A stretch of DNA of 64,000 nucleotides from Candidatus Latescibacterota bacterium (GTDB taxonomy: Bacteria > Latescibacterota > UBA2968). Shown here piece after piece: positions 10,678 through 20,018 of this stretch. The translations under genes were made by a program, and so were the position numbers. Location: contig OZ244960.1 in NCBI GenBank assembly GCA_965222605.1, positions 5,728,001 to 5,792,000 on the forward strand, written 5' to 3'. Numbering within the stretch: the first letter of the stretch is position 1; each line of letters begins with the position of its first letter. The notes under the pieces were generated by a model, which was not told the origin of the DNA, searched no databases, and saw nothing but the letters and a program-made list of their open reading frames with translations.

Positions 10678-11793
10678 ATGGAAGCATTTGATTTTTATCC
10701 CACTGCGCGCGTGGTGTTTGGGGAGGGCACACTCGCGCAATTGGGGAAACTATCAGAAGAATTGGGCGGTAGCCGTATTCTTTTTGTGACCGATCCAGGG
10801 ATTGTAAGTGCCGGGCTTGCAGACCGTGCGATTGCGGTGCTTCAACGCGCTTCCCTGGATTTTTTTGTGTTTGATAGTGTGGACGAAAATCCCACGACCG
10901 CGCATATAGAGGCCGGTGTCGCGTTTGCAAAAGCGCGTGGAAATATTGATCTGATCGTCGGGATGGGCGGGGGTAGCGCGATGGATTGCGCCAAGGGGAT
11001 CAATTTTATCCTGACCAACGGCGGGCAGATAGAAGATTATCAGGGTATGGGCCATGCAGCAAAACCCATGTTGCCCTCTATCGGGATACCAACGACCGCG
11101 GGCACGGGGAGCGAAGCGCAGTCCTACGCGCTTATTTCTCATGCAGATACCCATGTCAAGATGGCCTGTGGCGATCTGAAGGCGCGATTTCGGAGTGTTA
11201 TTCTCGATCCTTCGCTAACCGAAAGTGTGCCAGAAAATGTCGCCGCAGCAGCGGGTATAGACGCCATTGCCCACGCTATTGAAAGTTATGTTTGCACGCG
11301 CCGCAATGCGGTTTCTATGATGTTCGCGCAAAAGGCGTGGCAATTGCTTTCATCGAGTTTTGAACGCGCACTAAAGGATGCTTCCGATAGCGAGGCGAGG
11401 AGCAAAATGCTTTTGGGCGCACACTTTGCCGGCGCGGCTATTGAGAATGCCATGTTGGGTGCAGCCCATGCCTGTGCCAATCCATTGACCGCTCATTTTG
11501 GCATTGCGCATGGCGTCGCTGTGGCACTTATGCTGCCCGCTGTCGTCCAATTCAATGGGGAAGCTGAAGGCACGCGCTATCGCGGGCTCGGCTTTGATGT
11601 CAAGGAACTTGTCGAGAAGGTCGCTTCTATGAAAGAATGTGCAAATCTGCCTTTTCGGCTGCGCGACCTCGGCGTAGAACGCGATAGTCTCCCAATACTG
11701 GCAAGAGATGCGACAGAACAATGGACAGGTACGTTTAATCCGAGACCTGTTGGCGAAAATGATTTTCTCACCCTTTACGAATCGGTGTATTGA
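10678..11793 (+). CDS. Iron-containing alcohol dehydrogenase
   Basis: GGGSAMD, PTTAGTGSE, DAIAHAIESY, HACANP...HG metal ligands. Confidence 0.92.
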   Translation: MEAFDFYPTARVVFGEGTLAQLGKLSEELGGSRILFVTDPGIVSAGLADRAIAVLQRASLDFFVFDSVDENPTTAHIEAGVAFAKARGNIDLIVGMGGGSAMDCAKGINFILTNGGQIEDYQGMGHAAKPMLPSIGIPTTAGTGSEAQSYALISHADTHVKMACGDLKARFRSVILDPSLTESVPENVAAAAGIDAIAHAIESYVCTRRNAVSMMFAQKAWQLLSSSFERALKDASDSEARSKMLLGAHFAGAAIENAMLGAAHACANPLTAHFGIAHGVAVALMLPAVVQFNGEAEGTRYRGLGFDVKELVEKVASMKECANLPFRLRDLGVERDSLPILARDATEQWTGTFNPRPVGENDFLTLYESVY

Positions 11794-11799
11794 TCCGCA

Positions 11800-12900
11800 A
11801 TGAGAACGACTCTTTTTTTTGTGTTTTTTGTTATATTTTTAGTTTCTGTCCATGCAGAAGAATGGAGCCGATTTCGCGGGGATGCACAATCTACTGGTGT
11901 TGCAAATAGCAGCTTGTCCTCCGAACTGGATGTGCTGTGGACGGCACAGGTCGAAATTGGGATTGAGTCCACCGCTGCAATCTGGCAGGATGCGGTGTAT
12001 GTGGGCGGGTTGGACAAAAAGCTATACGCTTTTGATTTTAATAGCGGTGCGATCAAGTGGACGTATTTGGCTACAGGCGAGATCAAATCGTCGCCATTGG
12101 TTTTTGGTAAAACCGTATTCTTTGGCGATGATAATGGTATTTTTCACGCTGTTGATGCACAAACAGGTAACGCACTTTGGACGTTTCAAACAGATGGGGA
12201 GATTATCTCGTCGGCAAATGCAACCGAGGGGCGCGTCCTGTTTGGGTCTTATGATCAGTTCTTATACTGCCTCGCGCCAGAAGATGGCTCTTTGTTGTGG
12301 AAGATAGAAACAGATGGTTATGTTCACGGCATGCCGGCTATTGCACAAGCGCATACACTTATCGCGGGCTGTGATGGTATTTTGCGCGTTATCGATATTG
12401 CCAGCGGAAAAGAGCAATCGCAAATTGAACTCGGTGCTTATGTGGTCGCCAGCGCAGCCGTTCATCAGGCGCGCGCTTATGTAGGGACTTATGAAAGCCA
12501 GGTTTTGTGCATCGACTTGAAGTCAAAAGAAATTGCCTGGCGATACGAACATCCACAGCGGAAATATCCCTTTTTTGCATCGCCATCTGTGATCTCTGCG
12601 CGGGTCATTGTTGCAGGGCGCGACAAAATGGTTCACGCGCTCGATTCCGATACGGGTGATGTTTTGTGGACCTACACAGCCCGCGCCCGATTTGAAGCAT
12701 CTCCTGTTGTGGTGGGTGATCGCGTTTTTGTAGGTTCAATAGACGGAAAGATCGTGGCATTAAATCTCGAGACCGGTGAACCCGATTGGGAATTTGTAAC
12801 CGGGTCGGAATTTATCGCCTCGCCCAGTGTGGCGCGCAAGCGGCTGATTATTGGCACAACAGATGGCACGTTATATTGTTTTGGAAAGGCGGAAAAATGA
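11800..12900 (+). CDS. Secreted BamB/PQQ-like beta-propeller protein
   Basis: Signal peptide, WSRFRGD, regular SSP..G..W repeats. Confidence 0.85.
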   Translation: MRTTLFFVFFVIFLVSVHAEEWSRFRGDAQSTGVANSSLSSELDVLWTAQVEIGIESTAAIWQDAVYVGGLDKKLYAFDFNSGAIKWTYLATGEIKSSPLVFGKTVFFGDDNGIFHAVDAQTGNALWTFQTDGEIISSANATEGRVLFGSYDQFLYCLAPEDGSLLWKIETDGYVHGMPAIAQAHTLIAGCDGILRVIDIASGKEQSQIELGAYVVASAAVHQARAYVGTYESQVLCIDLKSKEIAWRYEHPQRKYPFFASPSVISARVIVAGRDKMVHALDSDTGDVLWTYTARARFEASPVVVGDRVFVGSIDGKIVALNLETGEPDWEFVTGSEFIASPSVARKRLIIGTTDGTLYCFGKAEK

Positions 12901-14243
12901 GCGAGAAAATCCAGATTCCAGAGCCGGCGACGACCCGCAAAGTGTGGAAGGAGACAGATGTTGGGAGCGTGTTTGTTTCCAATTATCCGCCTTACTCTTT
13001 TTGGCGCGATGAAAACACAGCAGAGATTGAGGAGATGTTGCACATATCCGACTCAGGGGGCAGAGATACACCCCTGGGCCTTTACATGCATATTCCATTT
13101 TGCCGAAAGCGGTGCAAGTTCTGTTATTTTCGGGTTTATACAGATCGCAATAGCGCTGAAATTCAAACGTATTTGGATGCTCTGGCAAAAGAGGTAGAAA
13201 CTTATAGTGCCTTGCCGCGTATTGCAGGTCGAAAATTGAACTTTGTTTATTTTGGCGGTGGTACGCCGTCCTATATCAGTGTCAAACACTTAAAGGTTTT
13301 GGTTGACAGGGTCAAGGCTGTGATGCCGTGGGATGATGCGGAAGAGGTGGCATTTGAGTGCGAACCGGGCACGCTTTCACAGTCCAAAGTTGAGGCTGTC
13401 CGGGAAATCGGCGTCACGCGCTTGAGCCTGGGATTGGAAAACTTAAACGACGATATTTTGCGGGAGAATGGTCGCGCGCACGTCAGCAAAGAAATTTACA
13501 GGGCCATGCCCTGGGTCAAGGCGCAGGAATTTGCACAGGTCAATGTAGATTTAATCGCAGGTATGGTCGGGGAATCGTGGGAATCGTGGCGAGATACAGT
13601 GCAGGGCACCATTGATCTCGACGCGGATAGCGTTACTATCTATCAGATGGAATTGCCGTTTAATACGACGTATTCAAAAGCGATACGCGATGGGGGAGGT
13701 TTGCCTGTCGCCGATTGGGAGACCAAGCGGGCCTGGCACAATTACGCGATTGAAGAATTTGCCAAAGCGGGTTATGAAACATCGAGTGCTTATACGCTGA
13801 CCAAAAAAGGGCGCTTGAACAAATTCGTCTATCGAGATGCTCTGTGGCGCAGCGCGGATCTCATCGGTACGGGTGTGGCTTCTTTTTCTCATGTGGGTGA
13901 TATGCATTTTCAAAACCAGACGCATTGGGATCCCTATATCGAAACCATTGGCAAAGGGCAACTTCCGATCAATCGCTCTTTTGTACCAACAAAAGAAGAG
14001 CGGCTGATCAGAGAGATGATTTTGCAACTCAAGCTCGGGCGGATTGAAACCGCTTATTTCCAGAATAGATTTGGCGTCAATATCCTGCACCAATTTGGTG
14101 CAGCCTATCAAAAACTCAGGGATTACGAGATGCTGGATTTCGATTCGCAAAGTATCACTCTGAGCAGGGAGGGACTGTTGCGCGTCGATCAATTGCTACC
14201 CGAATTTTATCACCAAAAATATCGCAATTCGCGTTATACATGA
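12897..14243 (+). CDS. HemN-like radical SAM enzyme (coproporphyrinogen oxidase family, possibly class C methyltransferase)
   Basis: YMHIPFCRKRCKFC (CxxxCxxC), YFGGGTPS, HemN_C-like tail; ATGA overlap with the upstream gene. Confidence 0.85.
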   Translation: MSEKIQIPEPATTRKVWKETDVGSVFVSNYPPYSFWRDENTAEIEEMLHISDSGGRDTPLGLYMHIPFCRKRCKFCYFRVYTDRNSAEIQTYLDALAKEVETYSALPRIAGRKLNFVYFGGGTPSYISVKHLKVLVDRVKAVMPWDDAEEVAFECEPGTLSQSKVEAVREIGVTRLSLGLENLNDDILRENGRAHVSKEIYRAMPWVKAQEFAQVNVDLIAGMVGESWESWRDTVQGTIDLDADSVTIYQMELPFNTTYSKAIRDGGGLPVADWETKRAWHNYAIEEFAKAGYETSSAYTLTKKGRLNKFVYRDALWRSADLIGTGVASFSHVGDMHFQNQTHWDPYIETIGKGQLPINRSFVPTKEERLIREMILQLKLGRIETAYFQNRFGVNILHQFGAAYQKLRDYEMLDFDSQSITLSREGLLRVDQLLPEFYHQKYRNSRYT

Positions 14244-14323
14244 GCGATCAATGCGAATTAAAAATTAAAAATTGAGGAACGGTGTACAACTGCGTAGCAG
14301 TTCATTAAGAATTGTATGCACGG

Positions 14324-14400
14324 AGGTATCGGATGCACAGGCAGAGCCTGTGACCGGAAGGAGCGAGTAATAGTCGGAAGAGGCCGGGGGACTGATATCT
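14324..14400 (+). promoter_or_regulatory. Candidate structured cis-regulatory RNA in the TonB receptor leader
   Basis: P1 AGGTATCGG/CTGATATCT, P2 CACAGGC-AGA-GCCTGTG, CCGG/CCGG stem with purine-rich loops; ends 6 nt before the AGGAG RBS; no known riboswitch recognised. Confidence 0.3.
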
Positions 14401-14419
14401 GACAACAGGAGACGGCGCT

Positions 14420-16540
14420 ATGCGTTTTTATTTTCGACATTTTTTGATTTTTGCCTGTGTTTTTGGCATGCCTGGCAATCCCATTTTCGCTCAGAATACA
14501 GAAGAGGAGGAGAAGCGGGAAGAAGAGCTGCCCGTTTATGCAGGGGAAGAGATTGTGGTGACGGAAAGCAAGGAAAAAGTTCCCACGGTGAGCACAATTG
14601 CGACCAAGGTCCCCATTCCAATCCGTTTGACACCGGCGAGTATCGGTGTTGTCAATCACGGGTTGTTTCAACACCAGAGTGGCGTGGTTTTGGGGGATGC
14701 ACTACGAAATGTGAGTGGGGTCAATATTCAAACCGTATTTGGTGTCACAGATTTCTTCGTTATTCGCGGGTTTGATTCGCTTTCCAGTGGGCTGGTGCTC
14801 ACCGATGGCGCGTCTGAGCCAGAAGCTACGTTTTACAATCTTTACAATTTGGAGCGCGTGGAGGTGCTCAAGGGACCGGGCGCATTTTTATACGGCGGAA
14901 ACCCGCTTTCTGGGTCGGTGAATCTGAGTCGCAAACAACCGATTTTTACGAATGCATTCCAGATCGGAGGTTCTTACGGTCCCTACAAGACGGGGCGTGG
15001 AACAGTAGATGCGAATTGGGCGGATATCGATCAGGGTATTGCCTTGCGCGTCAATGCGTTACGACAGGTATCTGACAGCTATCGCGATGATAAAGACAGC
15101 GGCTTGTGGGCCGTGAATCCCGCGGTGACCTGGCGGCCCAATGACAACACCACAGTGACCGCCAATTTTGAATATGTCACCAGCAGGTACAAATCGGATT
15201 CGGGTCTGCCCATTATCAGTGGGGCGGTTGCAGATGTGCCGCGCACACAATCGTATCAATCGCCTTTTGATGCGTCAGATCAAGATATTTATCGGGCGCG
15301 CGTCGATCTTCAGTCTCGCTTGTCGCGGCGGGTCACGCTTCGCAACAAGCTCTATTATACTGATTTTTCATGGGTATCTCAGGGCACATTGTTCAGTGGC
15401 GTTTTTCCCAATGCCGAGGGGAGTCTGGACATCCTGCGCTCACTTGTTCTTTTGGACGACCGCCAGAGGGTTTTGGGCAATCAGTTTGAGCTTTTATCTA
15501 CATTTCGCACGGGCCACGTAGAACACACTGTGCTCACCGGACTGGAACTGATGCAGTGGAAAGACAAATTTACCTTAGATGTGGCTGCTTTGCCCAATAT
15601 CGACGTGTTCAACCCTGTGGAAACCGCGAGCCAACCTTATTTTATTATTCCGGGGCAATCGCAGGGAGCAGATTCAAAAAGCCGCGTTGTTGCGCCCTAT
15701 ATTGTGGATCGCATTGTCTTTTGTCCATGCTATCAGGCATTTGTAGGCGTGCGATACGACCGCATTGATTACGATGATCCCCTGACTTCTACTTCTCGCA
15801 AGTACAACAAACTGAGTCCTATGGCTGGCATGGTGGTTTCATTTACGAAGGATCTCTCGTTTTACGCCAATATCGGGAGAGCCTTTGCGCCTCCCTCCAG
15901 CCAGGTCGCAGGTCCACGAGAAACCGAAGAGAGTTTCCAGATGGAAGTGGGGGCGAAAAAATACCTGTTGGACAATCGCCTGCACGCGAGCCTTGCAGTT
16001 TATCATTTGACAAAAAACAATATTGGTATTCCCGATGCAACAGGTGTGACAAAACAAGATGGGGACCAGAGATCTCGCGGTGTCGAGCTTGAAGTGATGA
16101 TGCGCCCCGTGAGAAATTGGCACACATTTTTGTCCTATGCATTTTCCAATGCCAAACTCACCCGTTTTGCCGAGTTTGTTCCCGTGTTCACGCAAACGGG
16201 CATCACATACCAGCTTGCAGATCGTTCGGGTAATAGGGCGGCTTTTTCGCCGCGTCATATTTTTAATGTGTGGACGGCGAGAGGATTTGAAAACGGGTTG
16301 GAATTTGGGATTGGCGCGCGCTATGTTGCCAGCCAGTTTATTGCCGAAGACAATCAATTCCAAATTAGAGACGTGTTGACGCTGGATGCCTCGGTGTCTT
16401 ATGCGTACAGACATATAAAATTTCGCATCAACGCCAAAAATTTGACCAATCGGGAATACGAAACGCGGGGCTTTGGTTCCACCTCAATTATTCCGGCCAA
16501 TCCATTTGGCATGTATTGCGCTTTTGAAATCAATATTTGA
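14420..16540 (+). CDS. TonB-dependent outer-membrane receptor (siderophore receptor type)
   Basis: Signal peptide, EEIVVT TonB box, IRGF, LERVEVLKGPGAFLYG plug, NLTNREY C-terminus. Confidence 0.92.
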   Translation: MRFYFRHFLIFACVFGMPGNPIFAQNTEEEEKREEELPVYAGEEIVVTESKEKVPTVSTIATKVPIPIRLTPASIGVVNHGLFQHQSGVVLGDALRNVSGVNIQTVFGVTDFFVIRGFDSLSSGLVLTDGASEPEATFYNLYNLERVEVLKGPGAFLYGGNPLSGSVNLSRKQPIFTNAFQIGGSYGPYKTGRGTVDANWADIDQGIALRVNALRQVSDSYRDDKDSGLWAVNPAVTWRPNDNTTVTANFEYVTSRYKSDSGLPIISGAVADVPRTQSYQSPFDASDQDIYRARVDLQSRLSRRVTLRNKLYYTDFSWVSQGTLFSGVFPNAEGSLDILRSLVLLDDRQRVLGNQFELLSTFRTGHVEHTVLTGLELMQWKDKFTLDVAALPNIDVFNPVETASQPYFIIPGQSQGADSKSRVVAPYIVDRIVFCPCYQAFVGVRYDRIDYDDPLTSTSRKYNKLSPMAGMVVSFTKDLSFYANIGRAFAPPSSQVAGPRETEESFQMEVGAKKYLLDNRLHASLAVYHLTKNNIGIPDATGVTKQDGDQRSRGVELEVMMRPVRNWHTFLSYAFSNAKLTRFAEFVPVFTQTGITYQLADRSGNRAAFSPRHIFNVWTARGFENGLEFGIGARYVASQFIAEDNQFQIRDVLTLDASVSYAYRHIKFRINAKNLTNREYETRGFGSTSIIPANPFGMYCAFEINI

Positions 16541-16543
16541 ACT

Positions 16544-17812
16544 ATGCCTGACTTGACCACAGATCGAGACGCGCTCTGGCAGCGGCAGTTGAAGCGGTTG
16601 CGCGGTATGCTGTCTTCAGTGCTGAATGGCAATGATTTTTATCGCAATAAGTTGAATCGGGCGGGTATTCAACGACCCGAAGATATTCAGACGCGCGATG
16701 ATTACAGGCTATTGCCCTTCACAACCAAAGCGGAATTATCGGCAGATCAGTTGGCGTATCCACCTTATGGAAGCAACCTGACGTTTCCGCTGGATCACTA
16801 TATCCGCGTCCATCAAACATCGGGTACTACGGGAGAGCCTCTGTGCTGGTTGGATACGGTAGAGAGTTGGGATTGGTTTGCGCGCTGCTGGACTTATGTG
16901 TATCGCGGGGCGGGCGTGACGGCAAATGACAGATTGTTTTTTGCCTTTTCTTTTGGTCCTTTTATTGGATTCTGGAGCGGGCATGAGGGTGCGCATTTGA
17001 TGGGTGCGATGTCCATCTCTGGGGGGGCCATGTCTTCGATTCAGCGTTTGCAAGCGATTCAGGATTATCGGGCTACTGTTCTTATCTGTACGCCGACGTA
17101 TGCTCTGCATCTGGCAGAGGTGGCTCAGGCCGAAGGCATTGATATTGCAGGTGGAAGTGTTCAGACCACGATTCACGCGGGCGAACCCGGCGCGGGATTG
17201 CCCGCGACCAGACAGCGCATTGAGCAGGCCTGGGGCGCGCGTTGTTACGACCACGCGGGGGCGACTGAGGTGGGTGCGTGGGGATTTGAATGTGCGTTTC
17301 GAGATGGCATGCATATCAACGAAGCCGAATTTATTTGCGAAGTGATTGATCCCAATACGGATGAACATGCAAGCGAAGGCGAGTTGGTGCTCACCAATTT
17401 GGGACGCGCTGGCATGCCCGTTATTCGCTATCGCACGGGAGATCGCGTGAAGCTGCATGCAGGAATATGTGATTGCGGTTCAAGTTTCTCTCATCTGGAA
17501 GGGGGCGTGATTGGGCGTATTGATGATGCGTTGATTATCCGCGGGGTCAATGTCTATCCCAGTGCGATTGAAAATATCGTGCGGGGATTTCCCGAAGTGA
17601 CTGAGTTTGCGGTGGATATCTACCGACAAGGTGAAATGGATGATATGAAAATTCGCATCGAATTAAATGGCGGAGAGTCGGGCCCGATTGCCGAGGCGAT
17701 AGCCAGAGAAGTGCGACATATTCTGAGCATACGCGCCGGCGTTCAAACCGTGCCGCACAATACTTTGCCGCGATTTGAGTTGAAAGCGAGACGGTTTACG
17801 GATCATCGTTAA
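16544..17812 (+). CDS. Phenylacetate-CoA ligase (PaaK) family ligase
   Basis: LPFTTKAEL, QTSGTTGEP, AGEPG, IRYRTGD, RGVNVYPSAIE. Confidence 0.88.
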   Translation: MPDLTTDRDALWQRQLKRLRGMLSSVLNGNDFYRNKLNRAGIQRPEDIQTRDDYRLLPFTTKAELSADQLAYPPYGSNLTFPLDHYIRVHQTSGTTGEPLCWLDTVESWDWFARCWTYVYRGAGVTANDRLFFAFSFGPFIGFWSGHEGAHLMGAMSISGGAMSSIQRLQAIQDYRATVLICTPTYALHLAEVAQAEGIDIAGGSVQTTIHAGEPGAGLPATRQRIEQAWGARCYDHAGATEVGAWGFECAFRDGMHINEAEFICEVIDPNTDEHASEGELVLTNLGRAGMPVIRYRTGDRVKLHAGICDCGSSFSHLEGGVIGRIDDALIIRGVNVYPSAIENIVRGFPEVTEFAVDIYRQGEMDDMKIRIELNGGESGPIAEAIAREVRHILSIRAGVQTVPHNTLPRFELKARRFTDHR

Positions 17813-17891
17813 AAAGCAATACTATTGCTAAATAGTTATATTGATTGAAAGCTGCTGTTTTACCGTTTGATATACAGCCAAGAAGTCAATA

Positions 17892-18230
17892 ATGCATATT
17901 GCACAACCAAGAGAGCTACAAATCTACCGTACCCCAAATGGTCGCGCACTTTTTATTGACTGGTTGAAATCACTTCGAGATCGAAGAGCGCGAAAACAGA
18001 TTCAAGTCCGACTTGACCGTCTCGAAACCGGTAATTTCGGTGATTGCAGATCAGTTGGAGAAGGTGTGTTTGAACTCCGTTTCCAGTTCGGTCCAGGCTA
18101 TCGCATCTATTTTGGAGAAGTAGATCAGACTATTGTGTTGCTCCTCTGCGGCGGGGATAAATCTTCGCAAGTCAGAGATATTGAACAGGCAAAAGCCTAT
18201 TGGAGAGAATACAAGGAGTCCCAAAAATGA
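17892..18230 (+). CDS. Type II TA toxin, RelE/ParE fold (addiction module killer type)
   Basis: GNFGDCRSVGEGVFELRFQFGPGYRIYF, LLCGGDKSSQ. Confidence 0.9.
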   Translation: MHIAQPRELQIYRTPNGRALFIDWLKSLRDRRARKQIQVRLDRLETGNFGDCRSVGEGVFELRFQFGPGYRIYFGEVDQTIVLLLCGGDKSSQVRDIEQAKAYWREYKESQK

Positions 18231-18733
18231 GAAAAATGATAAAGTATCGCGATTACTTAATTGAAGAACTTTCTGACCGCGAAGAGGCAATTGTCTATCT
18301 CCAAACCTCCATAGAAGAATATCAGAAGGACGGGGATACTTTAGCCCTCCTGTTAGCACTCCAAAGCATTATCGAAGCGCAGAGGGGGCGGAGTGAACTC
18401 GTTCTGCAAGTTTATTTGTTGCGAGGCTTGGTTTATCACTCACAAAAGGAGTATGACGCCGCCATTGAAGACTATACCAAAGTGCTGGAACTGAATCTCG
18501 ATTATAAAGGAGATAGCAGCCTGCCTGACCTTCTGACCAGTGCCTTTGAGGAAGTTCAAAAACTTCCCGAAGAGTCACGGGATGCACTTGCCGAGCAATT
18601 GATAAAAGATATAGAGGCAGATATCCAGTGGGATGAAACACTGGCAAAATCTCCCGATGTGCTTGCAAGACTTGCAGATAAGGCCAGAGAAGAATATAAA
18701 GCGGGGCGTACAGAACAACTGAAAAACTTTTAG
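18227..18733 (+). CDS. Antitoxin-like chimeric protein (antidote N-terminus, TPR, second antitoxin-like C-terminus)
   Basis: ATGA overlap with toxin; N-terminus YLIEELSDREEAIVYL; TPR YLLRGLVY..KEYDAAIEDYTKVLELN; C-terminus WDETLAKSPDVLARLADKAREEYKAG. Confidence 0.6.
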   Translation: MRKMIKYRDYLIEELSDREEAIVYLQTSIEEYQKDGDTLALLLALQSIIEAQRGRSELVLQVYLLRGLVYHSQKEYDAAIEDYTKVLELNLDYKGDSSLPDLLTSAFEEVQKLPEESRDALAEQLIKDIEADIQWDETLAKSPDVLARLADKAREEYKAGRTEQLKNF

Positions 18734-18743
18734 GAACTATTTC

Positions 18744-20003
18744 ATGATCTTAGATCAATACGATGTCATTGTCATTGGCGGGGGACCCGCGGGAAGCACG
18801 ACAGCTGCGCTTGTCGCTGAATACGGGCACTGCGTGCTGCTGCTGGAGCGGGAAGAGTTTCCCAGATTTCAGATTGGCGAATCCCTGATGCCGGGTACGT
18901 ACTGGTCATTCAAACGACTGGGGTTGCTCGACAAATTAAAAAAAAGTGCGTTTGTCAAAAAATACAGTGTTCAATTTTTCAGCGGTTCGGGAAAAGGTTC
19001 TGCGCCATTTTATTTTCACTTACACGATCCCCACGAGAGTTCCATCACATATCAGGTGTTGCGCAGCGAATTTGATCTTATGATGCTGGACAATGCCCGA
19101 GAGAAAGGTACCGAAGTTGAGCAGGGGGCGAGTGTACATCAGGTGCATTTTAGCGGGGATAGGGCAACGGGTGTTCAGGTAAAATACCGCGATGGACAGA
19201 TCAAAGATGTATCTGCCAATGTCATCGTAGATGCGACGGGGCGAAGCGCGCTTATTTCGCGAAAGCTAAAGACCAAGACGATTGAGCCAAAGCTCAAAAA
19301 AGCGTCCATTTTCACGCACTACAAAGGCGCGTTCCGCGATGAGGGGATTGACGAAGGTGCAACGCTGATTTTACATACGCAAGACAAGGATTCCTGGTTC
19401 TGGTACATCCCACTGCCAGATGATGTGGTCAGCGTGGGCGTTGTCGGGGGATTGGATTATCTGCTGCAGAACCGCAAGAGAAGCCCCCAGGAAATTTTTG
19501 AAGAAGAGTTGGCAAAGTGCATCCGCATGGAAGAACGACTCGCGGGAGCCGAGCAGTTATTTCCCATGAAAGTCACACAGGACTTTTCATACCGATCCGA
19601 TACTGTCGCGGGTGAGGGATGGGTACTGGTGGGTGATGCTTTTGGTTTTATCGATCCCGTTTATTCCTCGGGTGTGTTCCTCGCGCTCAAATCGGGCGAG
19701 ATGGCCGCCGATGCGATCCACGAGGCCATTGAAAAGCGCGATTTCTCTGCCGAGCAACTCGGCAAATGGGGACCAGAATTTCTTCCTGGCATGGAGGCGA
19801 TTCGCAAATTGGTCTATGCTTTTTATTCCAAAAATTTCAGTTTTGCCAAATTTTTAAAATCACATCCAGATTGTATAGATGGCGTTATCAATATCTTAAA
19901 AGGCAATGTCTATCGCGAAGATGTCACCCCTATTTTTGAGCCTATGGGGCAAATGTGCGATCTGCCCGAAACTGTGGATCACTACGCTGAGGTCTCTGAT
20001 TAA
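18744..20003 (+). CDS. Flavin-dependent halogenase-family oxidoreductase
   Basis: GGGPAG, FPRFQIGES, FVKK (catalytic Lys region), WFWYIP (WxWxIP), GDAFGFIDPVYSSG. Confidence 0.8.
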   Translation: MILDQYDVIVIGGGPAGSTTAALVAEYGHCVLLLEREEFPRFQIGESLMPGTYWSFKRLGLLDKLKKSAFVKKYSVQFFSGSGKGSAPFYFHLHDPHESSITYQVLRSEFDLMMLDNAREKGTEVEQGASVHQVHFSGDRATGVQVKYRDGQIKDVSANVIVDATGRSALISRKLKTKTIEPKLKKASIFTHYKGAFRDEGIDEGATLILHTQDKDSWFWYIPLPDDVVSVGVVGGLDYLLQNRKRSPQEIFEEELAKCIRMEERLAGAEQLFPMKVTQDFSYRSDTVAGEGWVLVGDAFGFIDPVYSSGVFLALKSGEMAADAIHEAIEKRDFSAEQLGKWGPEFLPGMEAIRKLVYAFYSKNFSFAKFLKSHPDCIDGVINILKGNVYREDVTPIFEPMGQMCDLPETVDHYAEVSD

Positions 20004-20018
20004 ACGGGATTGCTGTAT

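Noticed and set aside
11800-12900. Gene symbol bamB
   Set aside because: No lipobox cysteine and no bam/der context; generic propeller
12897-14243. Gene symbol hemN
   Set aside because: Context and the missing HemN-specific segment do not support a heme synthesis role
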